From Acidobacteriota bacterium (lineage in GTDB: Bacteria > Acidobacteriota > Thermoanaerobaculia > Thermoanaerobaculales > Thermoanaerobaculaceae), in the NCBI GenBank assembly GCA_003133645.1, contig PKYI01000159.1:11381-75380 (forward strand): a stretch of 64,000 bases of DNA. The letters are read 5' to 3'. The notes under the pieces were generated by a model, which saw nothing but the letters and a program-made list of their open reading frames with translations, had not been told where the DNA came from and made no database searches. The stretch's first letter is position 1; every line of letters begins with the position of its first letter. Both the position numbers and the translations under genes were made by a program. Shown here in pieces: positions 36,178 to 44,200 of this stretch.

Positions 36178-36386
36178 GATCACCTCGGTTCCCTGGGTGA
36201 AGGGTCAAACGTCAAAGGTAAGGGGACGGGAAAGGCCGAGATCGCGGGATGCAGAGCGCGGCCCGGTACGTTGGCCGCGGGGTCCGCGTCTCTCCGTCGT
36301 CGGTTTCACATTTCCCCTTCTTATCTTTCACTCTCTTATTTCCAGAACGATCCCACCGTTCAGCGAGCTCACCGCCGCCCCCTTTG

Positions 36387-37382
36387 CTACGACATCCGGA
36401 ACGCCGCCCCCGCAAGGTTGTAGCCCACTCCAGAGGCGATGAACACGGCCAGGTCGCCACGATGGAGCTTGCCTCGCTCGCGAGCATCGTCGAGCGCCAT
36501 CGGGATGCAGGCGGACCCGGTGTAGCCCCACCTCTCCATGATCGTGTGGGTCTTCTCCATCGGCAACCCGAGGTCGTTCATCACCAGCTCGATCGAAGGC
36601 TTGCGCACCTGCGTGAAGATGATGAGATCGATATCTTCGACGGCGAAGCCGCCCTCCTTAGCGACCCGCTTGGTCAGTCGCGGCCACGCCTCGTGGTTGA
36701 GCTCCGGCGGGTAGCGGACGAGGATCTTGGTCGTGGTGCGGCCCGCCTTGACCGATTCCACGGTGGCGGGCTCGAACGTGCCCCCCGAGTAGATCCCCGA
36801 GTGACGGTGGTACTCTCCGCCGGCCTCGCTGACCGAGGAGATGAAACCGGGCGCGTCCCTGGGCTCGAGGACCGCCGCGCCGGCCCCGTCACCATAAAGG
36901 AAGATCATTGGTTCGTTCGGGTCGGTCAGCTTGTGCATCATGTAGGCACCGACCACCAGGACAACGTTGAGACCTGGGTTGGTGGCGATCATGCCGGCGC
37001 CGATCGCGAGCCCGGTCGGAAACGAGGCGCACGCGCAGCCGACGTCGAAGGTGCCGGCGTTCTTCGCCCCGAGCTTGTGCTGCAGTACAACCGAGGTCGC
37101 TGGGGTGATGTAATCGGGGGAGTCGGTGCCGAGGATGATGAGGTCCACCTCTTCGGGCTTCCGCCCGGCGCGTTCGAGCGCCTGGCGCGCGGCCGGCAGC
37201 GCGACATCCGAAGTCGCCCAATCGTCGGGCGCCCACCAACGGCTCTTGATTCCGGTCGAAGCCTCCATCTTGTCGACGAACTCCGGCACCGCGGCGTCGA
37301 AACGCGCCCGCAGCTCGTCGTTGGTCACCTCGCGTTCAGGCAGGTAGTGCCCGGTTGCCACGATGTTGGCGTATCGGGTCAT
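36387..37382 (-). CDS. KAS III (FabH)-like condensing-enzyme paralog 1 (tandem duplicate of 35182..36177)
   Basis: ATG at 37382 (MTRYANIVATGHYLPEREVTN) follows GAGGGA. Roughly 85-90% amino-acid identity to paralog 2 by eye, with long identical nucleotide runs (for example 36990-37085 versus 35785-35880). Same FTQVRKPS / WGYTGSAC motifs. Confidence 0.8.
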   Translation of the reverse strand: MTRYANIVATGHYLPEREVTNDELRARFDAAVPEFVDKMEASTGIKSRWWAPDDWATSDVALPAARQALERAGRKPEEVDLIILGTDSPDYITPATSVVLQHKLGAKNAGTFDVGCACASFPTGLAIGAGMIATNPGLNVVLVVGAYMMHKLTDPNEPMIFLYGDGAGAAVLEPRDAPGFISSVSEAGGEYHRHSGIYSGGTFEPATVESVKAGRTTTKILVRYPPELNHEAWPRLTKRVAKEGGFAVEDIDLIIFTQVRKPSIELVMNDLGLPMEKTHTIMERWGYTGSACIPMALDDARERGKLHRGDLAVFIASGVGYNLAGAAFRMS

Positions 37383-37460
37383 GTCGTTCCCTCTCCCTCT
37401 TTCGCGGGGCGGGCGCCCTCGCCCGCCCACCTCGGCCCGGCCGAGGGCGGCTGATTGGCC

Positions 37461-38249
37461 TCACGTCCCGAGGACGAGGCCGCCGTCCACCGAGATCACC
37501 GCGCCGTGGACGAACGACGCCGCATCGGACGCGAGCCAGACGTATGCGTTGGCGATGTCCTCGGGCTTGCCCATCCTCCCCATCGGGGTGTGGGCCACCA
37601 TGTTGTCGATGACCTTCTCGGGCATGGCGGAGAGGATCTCGGTGGCGATGAACCCGGGCGCCACAGCATTGACCCTGATTTTGAACTTCCCGAGCTCCCG
37701 TGCCCACGTCCTCGTCATCGTGATCAGACCGCCCTTGGTCGCGGCGTAGTTGGTCTGCCCGAAGTTGCCGTACAGGCCGACGACGGATGACGCCGACAGC
37801 ACCACGCCGCCCCCGCCCGCGATCATGTGCGGGACCGCGGCGCGGGTGCACAGGAACACGCCTTTCAGATTCACGTTGATGACCGCGTCCCACGCCTCGT
37901 CGGTCATGGTGGAGACGACGGCTCCGTCCTTGACCTTGACGAGCTGAGCGTCGCGCACGATCCCGGCGTTGTTGACCAGCACGTCGATCCGGCCCCAGCG
38001 GGCGATCACGGCGGCCACTGCTTCGGCAACCGCCGCGCCGTCGGCGACGTTGACCTTGGCGAACATCGCCTCGCCGCTCGCGGCTTCCAGCTCCAGGACG
38101 AGTTCCCCGGCCTTGCCGTCGCTCACGTCCCACGCGGCGATCCTCGCCCCTTCCTGCGCGAACCGGAGCGCGGTGGCGCGGCCGATGCCGGCTGCCGCCC
38201 CGGTCACGATGACAACCTTCCCGTTCAGTCCCGTCTCGATGGACACCAC
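37461..38249 (-). CDS. Classical SDR oxidoreductase, 3-oxoacyl reductase (FabG)-like
   Basis: TGAAAGIG Rossmann motif, NNAG, catalytic S...YAATK. 262 aa. Confidence 0.85.
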   Translation of the reverse strand: MVSIETGLNGKVVIVTGAAAGIGRATALRFAQEGARIAAWDVSDGKAGELVLELEAASGEAMFAKVNVADGAAVAEAVAAVIARWGRIDVLVNNAGIVRDAQLVKVKDGAVVSTMTDEAWDAVINVNLKGVFLCTRAAVPHMIAGGGGVVLSASSVVGLYGNFGQTNYAATKGGLITMTRTWARELGKFKIRVNAVAPGFIATEILSAMPEKVIDNMVAHTPMGRMGKPEDIANAYVWLASDAASFVHGAVISVDGGLVLGT

Positions 38250-38301
38250 AGACCTCCCTTGTGCCTCATTGGGCCTTGCCTACGTTGTCTCCCGGCTTCT
38301 T

Positions 38302-38322
38302 GGGGGTGGGGCAGGGTGGGGG
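38302..38322 (+). other. Compact G-quadruplex motif GGGGG-T-GGGG-CA-GGG-T-GGGGG
   Basis: Read directly. Lies between the TonB-receptor stop (38359) and the SDR start (38249), on the antisense strand of both. Confidence 0.6.
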
Positions 38323-38358
38323 TTCGGACCCCTGTTCCCTGCGCCCTGTGCCCTTCTT

Positions 38359-41166
38359 CTAGAACGACCACCTCAAGCCGAGCTGGACCTCCCGAGCCGG
38401 AAGCGTCGCGCTGTACTTGCCGAACAGCGGGTTGGGCACGTACGCGGCCTTCGGGTTCGCGATCGTCGGGCCGGAAAGATACTGGCCGCAGTTCATCGAG
38501 TTGACGTCGTAGTTGACGGTGTTGAAGAGGTTGAACGCCTCCGCGATGATCTCGAGCCGCCCAGCCGAGTGCATGGCGAGCGTCTTGGTGAGCCGCAGCG
38601 AAACGTTGCGGTAGACCGGGCCGTCCTGAGCGTTGCGCGCGACGCCCGGGGGCCGGTCGGAGTTGTACCCGTCGCCGTTGTAGTCGTATCCCAACCGTTC
38701 GGTCCAGGGCTGGCCCGAGCCGTACTCGAGGATCGGCGCGGCGGTCAGGCCCCACCCCAGGTTGAACACGCCGGACACCACGAGGTGGTAGCGCTCGTCG
38801 GACTGGCTGCGTCCCCACTCGCCCTCGGGGTTCCCCGGGTCGTTGGGGTAGCCGGCGGTGTACACCGGACTGAAGTCATCGGAGAGGTTCTTCTTGTCGG
38901 CGAGGGTCAGTGACGCGGTGATCAGGTGGCCCCCCTTGAGCGTCCCGTTGAGGCTGAGCACCAGCGCCTTGTACTCCGAGTGGCCGTCGTTGGTGTAGGT
39001 GGCCATGTTCGTGTAGGCGGGGTTGATGCGCGAGTGGGTGGCGTTGCCCGTCCAGTTGGTGTCCGTCACGAAGATCTCGTCGTGGCCCTTGACGTAGACC
39101 GCTTCGGTGTCGAAGAACAGCCCGCTGCCCAGCCGCGTCGTCCAGCCGAGGGTGGCCTGGTCCGCGTACGGGTTCTTGTAGTCCTGGGCCAGCATCGTGA
39201 TCGAAGGCGCCAGCATGATCCCGGTGGTCGTCAGATTGTTGGGATCCAGCCAGGTCGACGGCGGCAAGCCAAAGAGGATGCCGCTGACCCTCGTGTAGAG
39301 CTTGCGCCCGGTGAAGCCGTTCTGCTCGAGCTCGGCGAACGCCGGGACCAGCAGGAAGCGGCCGACGAAGCGGCCGACGCCGCCGCGGATCAGGTTCTGC
39401 CCATCGCCGGCAACGTCCCAGGAGAAGCCGAGGCGCGGCTGGTAGTTGTTGGTGTCACGCTTGCGGCCGTTGGGGACGAGCGGGGAGCGGAAATCGGGGT
39501 TGTTGCCGTTCGTGTCGAGGTCCCAGCGCAGCCCGTAGTTGAAGGTGAAGTTCGACGCCGCCCGCCAGTCGTCCTGGATGAACAGGCCGATGAGGTCGGT
39601 ACTGATCTTGGCGTCCGCGGAACCGACGCCGTACAGGTACTCGATCGGGAGGGCGCGCGTGTCGTTGAGGTAGACGATCGTGCCGTGCGAGAAGGTGGGG
39701 ATGTCCGACTCGTCCTTCACGTGCTGGAACGAAATGCCCATCTTCCACTCGTGCTTGTCGCCGTAGAGATGGGCGGTGTCCCGGATCTCCCACTGCGTGC
39801 CTTCGCCGAGGATGTCACCGGTGGTGTTGGTGCCGGTCTTCAGCGTGTTCCCCACGGAGAACCACTCCTCCGGAGCGATAGAGTTGGTGGGCTCGTCGTA
39901 CTTGCGGCCGCCCACCTGCAGGTAGAGCTCGTTGAGGTAGTTGGAACTCGGGGCGAGGGTGTGTTCGATGGTGAGGTTCCAGTTGTCGCGGTTGAGCTGG
40001 TTCCCCCACGATTGGTCGGAAACCCCTCCGACGTGGAAGTTGTCCTCGCGGTAGCGCTCGTAGGTGAACTTGGCGGCCAGTCGCTGGCTGTCCGACACCG
40101 AGTGGTCGATGCTGCCGAACAACATCGTCTGGTTCCACGGGTGAGGGATGTCCGCCGCCTCCGAGGCGAATGCGCCGCCCGGCCGGAACGCCAATGGGAC
40201 GTCGTCCGTCTTGACGTACTCGGTCGACAGGAAGAAGTGGGTCTTGTCCTTGACGATCGGTCCGCCGAGCGTGAATCCGTACTGGCCGCGGTCGTACTTG
40301 TTGCACCCCGAGTTGGCGCCGCACGGCAAGTCCAGCGCTCCCTTGGCGCGCAGGTTATCGGCCCGGTAGTAGGCGAAGACCGTCCCCATGAGATCGTTGG
40401 TTCCCGAGCGCGTCACGACGGAGAGCGCACCGCCCGCGGAGCCGCCGATCTCGGTGTCGAACCGGTTGGTGATCACGCGGAACTCGGCGATCGCATCTTG
40501 GGAGAACTGCACCCGGGCGAGGCCGAGAGCGGGGTCGGTGAAGTCCACGCCGTCCACCATGATCGTGGCTTGCGAGGCGTTGCCCCCGGCGCCGATCACC
40601 GGGTCGCCGCTGATGAAACGGTAGCCGCCGCGCTCGCGCTCGACGCCGGGGGCGATGAACGCCAGTTTCTGGAAGTCGCGGTCGGGCACCGGCAGCGACT
40701 GGATCTGCTGCGGGATGATGTTGGTCGAGGAGTCGGTCTTCACCACATCGACGAGCGGGACCTCGCCCGTGACCGTCACGGCCTCTTCCTTGGTCTTGGC
40801 CTGCTGCATCACGGCGTTGACCCGCAGCGTCTGGCCGACCCGCAGCTCGAGGCTCTCCTCGGCGACCGGCGCGAACCCGTCGAGGTCGAGGCGGATCGCG
40901 TACGTGCCGGGCGGCAGCGCGACAAAGCGCACGATGCCTGCGGCGTCGGTCGGCAGCGTCCGTTCCAGGCCGGTGGCGGGGTTCGTGAGCTTCACCGTCA
41001 CGCCGGGCAACGGCAGCTTGCCGGTGTCCGCGACCCGAAGCTCGATCTGCGCGTTGCTGACCTGCGCGACGGCCGGCCCCGCAAGGAGCAGGCCGATCAG
41101 GCAGGCGGCCGCGACCGCGGCGGCTCGCCGCGGCCAGGCGTGGTTGGGAAGGGTTCGCATCACCAT
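38359..41166 (-). CDS. TonB-dependent outer-membrane receptor with N-terminal CarboxypepD_reg-like domain
   Basis: ATG at 41166 follows AGGAGGAGA. Signal peptide ...LLLAGPAVAQ. CarboxypepD_reg: VTVKLTNPATGLERTLPTDAAGIVRFVALPPGTYAIRL. Plug, long beta-barrel and terminal ...LGLRWSF. Confidence 0.85.
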   Translation of the reverse strand: MVMRTLPNHAWPRRAAAVAAACLIGLLLAGPAVAQVSNAQIELRVADTGKLPLPGVTVKLTNPATGLERTLPTDAAGIVRFVALPPGTYAIRLDLDGFAPVAEESLELRVGQTLRVNAVMQQAKTKEEAVTVTGEVPLVDVVKTDSSTNIIPQQIQSLPVPDRDFQKLAFIAPGVERERGGYRFISGDPVIGAGGNASQATIMVDGVDFTDPALGLARVQFSQDAIAEFRVITNRFDTEIGGSAGGALSVVTRSGTNDLMGTVFAYYRADNLRAKGALDLPCGANSGCNKYDRGQYGFTLGGPIVKDKTHFFLSTEYVKTDDVPLAFRPGGAFASEAADIPHPWNQTMLFGSIDHSVSDSQRLAAKFTYERYREDNFHVGGVSDQSWGNQLNRDNWNLTIEHTLAPSSNYLNELYLQVGGRKYDEPTNSIAPEEWFSVGNTLKTGTNTTGDILGEGTQWEIRDTAHLYGDKHEWKMGISFQHVKDESDIPTFSHGTIVYLNDTRALPIEYLYGVGSADAKISTDLIGLFIQDDWRAASNFTFNYGLRWDLDTNGNNPDFRSPLVPNGRKRDTNNYQPRLGFSWDVAGDGQNLIRGGVGRFVGRFLLVPAFAELEQNGFTGRKLYTRVSGILFGLPPSTWLDPNNLTTTGIMLAPSITMLAQDYKNPYADQATLGWTTRLGSGLFFDTEAVYVKGHDEIFVTDTNWTGNATHSRINPAYTNMATYTNDGHSEYKALVLSLNGTLKGGHLITASLTLADKKNLSDDFSPVYTAGYPNDPGNPEGEWGRSQSDERYHLVVSGVFNLGWGLTAAPILEYGSGQPWTERLGYDYNGDGYNSDRPPGVARNAQDGPVYRNVSLRLTKTLAMHSAGRLEIIAEAFNLFNTVNYDVNSMNCGQYLSGPTIANPKAAYVPNPLFGKYSATLPAREVQLGLRWSF

Positions 41167-41374
41167 GGTTGTCTCCTCCTGGGCGCGCTGCGCCCTGATC
41201 CGAAAAAGAGTTCCGAGTTGACGGTTGAGAGTCGAGAGGTGCGAGTCGACAGTTCCCCGCGCCTTGGCAGGCGGCCGGCGGGGTCGTCGTGCGAAAGCTG
41301 GGTCTGCCTTCGATGCCCTCGGTTCATCCTCGCCCCTTCTACAAAACGAACGCTCGATATGTTTTCCGGCGCCG

Positions 41375-41403
41375 ACTCTAGACCCGCACCCCAGGCGTGT
41401 CAA
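41375..41403 (-). promoter_or_regulatory. Sigma70-type promoter candidate giving a ~200-nt leader for the TonB-dependent receptor gene
   Basis: The minus strand reads TTGACA-N17-TAGAGT. Confidence 0.45.
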
Positions 41404-41621
41404 GAGGGGTGACGTGCAATAAAACACGGTCTCACAATCTGGCGGGTTGGATGACCCGAAAGCCGTACTCCGATACCCCGTACCTGGGTTCTTGGGGCGG
41501 CCTCAACTCGCCGAGCGCGGCTGTCGGCACTTTACCGTGGATGCTGGCGTGCTACGGCAGCCTCCCGCGTCGAGATGTTCCGGTCGAGCGGGAACGTGTG
41601 TCGGCCCCGGTGAGCCCCGTT

Positions 41622-42725
41622 TCAATACGTCGCCGCGGCGCTGGTTGGGAGCGACCCGTACAGTTCGAGCGCCGCACCGGCGAGCGCGACGGGCGTCCAC
41701 CGGTCGTGGGCGCGGGCGGCGGCAGTGGCGCCCGCGGCGCGCCGCGCCACTGAGTTGCGCGCCCAGGCCGCGATCAGCACCGCCAGGGCGGCGGCGTCGG
41801 TTGCCGGGTAGATGTCTCCGGTGACCCCGGGTTCGACGAGGTCGCGCACGCCGGGCAGGTCGGCTGCGAGCGACGGGACGCCGCACCCCGCCGCCTCGGC
41901 GATCGCCCGGTGGGCATGGTCGGAGCCGGCGGCGGGGAACACGAAGATGTCCATGGCGGCGTACAGCTCCTCGAGCCCGGCCTCGACGTAACCGGGAAAG
42001 ACGAGGCGGCCGGTCACGCGCAGCCTGCCGGCGAGCGTGTGGAGCGCGTCGAGATACGGCCCCTTGCCGATGATCATCCCCCAGACCCCGGGAGCGGCGG
42101 CCAGGGCGTGGATGAAGAGGTCGTGACCGCGGCCGCGGTCGAGCTTGCCGATTGTGCCCGAGACGACGGCATCCAGGGGAATCCCGAGGCGCTCCCGGGT
42201 GGCGCTCCCGCCGCCGCCTGGGCGGAACCGGTCCTCGAGCGCCACGGGCAGCACGCGGGCCGGCGCGCCTCGCACCGCCGCGAGCCGGCCGCAGGCCGGG
42301 AGCATCGTCGAGTTGGCGAGGCCGAGACCGGCGGTGCCGCGGAACAGCCAGCGGTGGAACGGGTCCGGCCTGAGGTGGCTGAGGTGATGGACGCCGCGCA
42401 CGAGAGGAGTGGCCGAGCCCTTGAGCGCCTGGCGCGCGAGCAGGTGGTCGTGCGGAAGGTGGGCGTGGACGACGTCGCAGCCGGCGGCCAGCCCCCGCAC
42501 CCGAGCGATCGCGGCGCGCACGTCGCCGAGCGTCCGCTCCTTGGCGAGAGCGGGCCGGCACCACTCGACGTCCCGCAGCCGATCCTCGAGGTTGCGCCCC
42601 GGGCGATAGGCGAAGACGCACTCGTGGCCGGCCGCGCGCAGCGCCCCGGCGAGCTGGAGGGCGGTGGCGGCGGCGCCGGTCCATCGGTCCGCGGCGACAA
42701 GCTGGAGCACCCGCATCGGCGCCAT
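41622..42725 (-). CDS. GT-B glycosyltransferase (family 4-like)
   Basis: MAPMRVLQLVAADRWTGAAATALQLAGAL...; C-terminal region FVFPAAGSDHAHRAIAEAAGCGVPSLAADLPGVRDLVEPGVTGDIY (EX7E-like). The start is 42725 or 42716. Confidence 0.75.
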   Translation of the reverse strand: MAPMRVLQLVAADRWTGAAATALQLAGALRAAGHECVFAYRPGRNLEDRLRDVEWCRPALAKERTLGDVRAAIARVRGLAAGCDVVHAHLPHDHLLARQALKGSATPLVRGVHHLSHLRPDPFHRWLFRGTAGLGLANSTMLPACGRLAAVRGAPARVLPVALEDRFRPGGGGSATRERLGIPLDAVVSGTIGKLDRGRGHDLFIHALAAAPGVWGMIIGKGPYLDALHTLAGRLRVTGRLVFPGYVEAGLEELYAAMDIFVFPAAGSDHAHRAIAEAAGCGVPSLAADLPGVRDLVEPGVTGDIYPATDAAALAVLIAAWARNSVARRAAGATAAARAHDRWTPVALAGAALELYGSLPTSAAATY

Positions 42726-42781
42726 AGTAACCGAGGGCCGACCAAGCGGGCGGCAGTGGTAGCATGCCTTCGGAGGCTGCC

Positions 42782-43024
42782 ATGCCCGTCGATCCGCAAC
42801 TGTTGGAGATCCTTGTCTGTCCGGCGTGCAAGGCGGACGTGGAGCTGGTTCCGCTCGCTTCGGAGACATGCGCCATGCTGGTGGAGCGCTACCGCGAGAA
42901 GTTCCGCGACGAGACACCGGAGGTCCGTGAAGGGCTCAAGTGCGCGAGCTGCCGGCGCGTGTACCCGATCGTCAGCGACATCCCGGTGATGCTGATCGAC
43001 GAGGCGCTCCCCGCCGAGGGGTGA
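42782..43024 (+). CDS. Trm112/YcaR-family small zinc-ribbon protein
   Basis: MPVDPQLLEILVCPACK...LKCASCRRVYPIVSDIPVMLIDEALP. Confidence 0.8.
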   Translation: MPVDPQLLEILVCPACKADVELVPLASETCAMLVERYREKFRDETPEVREGLKCASCRRVYPIVSDIPVMLIDEALPAEG

Positions 43025-43030
43025 GGCGCG

Positions 43031-44200
43031 TTGGAGGACCGAGTTTCGCTCCGCCCCGGCCGCGCGCGCGCGCTGGCTGCGGGCGCAATCGTGGCGGCTG
43101 CAGCCACCTCGACGCGCCTGGGGATCGCGAACCCGTTGCTGGTGATCGGCGGGATCGCGGCGTGGCGAGCATGGCGCGCAGGCGAGCTGCGCGGCCGTCC
43201 CCACGCCCGGGCGCTCGTGCCGCCGCTGATTCTGTTTGCCGTCGCCTCGCTGGCCTCGGCGGTGTTTTCCCTCGACCCGCTCGACAGCTTCGACAAGCTG
43301 CCGCGTCTCGCGGTGCTGTTGCTCGTGCCGCTCTCGGCCGCCCTCATCGACGAGGTGTGGTGGCGGCGCTTGGTGGCGAGCCTGGCGGTCGCGACCACGA
43401 TCCTGGCGGTGTGGGGGCTCGTCCAGTACGCCCGCGGCTTCAACGACCTCGAGCACCGCATCGCCGGGCCGCTGTCGCACTACATGTTGTTCGCGGGCTG
43501 GGTGCTGCTGGGCGTGGTGGTCGTGCTCGCCGAGCTGCTGCTCAACCCCGTCCGGCGCGTGTGGCTGCTGCTGCCGCCGGCGGCGCTCGGGACGGTCGCC
43601 CTGTTGCTGTCGTACACGCGCAACGCCTGGGTCGGGCTCGCGGCCGCGCTGTTGGTGCTCGCGGCGGTCTGGCGCCGTCGCCTGCTGTTGCTCTACCCGG
43701 TAGCGGCGCTGGCGCTCTGGTTCGTCTTCCCGCGTTCGGTGCTGGACCGGGTCGTCTCGGTCTTCGACCTCAAGCAGGCCTCCAACTACGACCGCGTCTG
43801 CATGACGCTTTCGGGCGTCCAGATGATCCGCGACTACCCGATCACCGGAGTCGGGCTCGACATGGTGGAGCGGATGTACCCGCTCTACCGGCGCGACGAC
43901 GCCCCGCGCTGGCGCGTACCCCACCTGCACAACAACATCATGCAGATCGCCGCGGAGCGCGGCCTGCCGGCCCTCGGGGCGTACCTTTGGCTGATGGGGG
44001 CGTTCTTCACGGTGACGTGGCGCGCGCTGCCGCGCCTCTCTGGGAGGCACCGAGCCGCGGTGGCTGCGTCGCTCGCGTCGGCGGTTGCGATCTCGATCGC
44101 CGGTCTGTTCGAGTACAACTTCTGGTTCGCCAACATCCAGTACCTCATGCTCGTGCTGCTCGGCGCGGGCGTCGGCCGCGTGGAGGAGGCCAGGGCGTGA
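43031..44200 (+). CDS. O-antigen ligase/polymerase-family (Wzy_C) membrane protein
   Basis: About 10 TM helices. Motifs LLLSYTRNAWVGLAAALLVLA and VPHLHNNIMQIAAERGL. TTG track start; the true start is uncertain. Confidence 0.7.
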   Translation: MEDRVSLRPGRARALAAGAIVAAAATSTRLGIANPLLVIGGIAAWRAWRAGELRGRPHARALVPPLILFAVASLASAVFSLDPLDSFDKLPRLAVLLLVPLSAALIDEVWWRRLVASLAVATTILAVWGLVQYARGFNDLEHRIAGPLSHYMLFAGWVLLGVVVVLAELLLNPVRRVWLLLPPAALGTVALLLSYTRNAWVGLAAALLVLAAVWRRRLLLLYPVAALALWFVFPRSVLDRVVSVFDLKQASNYDRVCMTLSGVQMIRDYPITGVGLDMVERMYPLYRRDDAPRWRVPHLHNNIMQIAAERGLPALGAYLWLMGAFFTVTWRALPRLSGRHRAAVAASLASAVAISIAGLFEYNFWFANIQYLMLVLLGAGVGRVEEARA

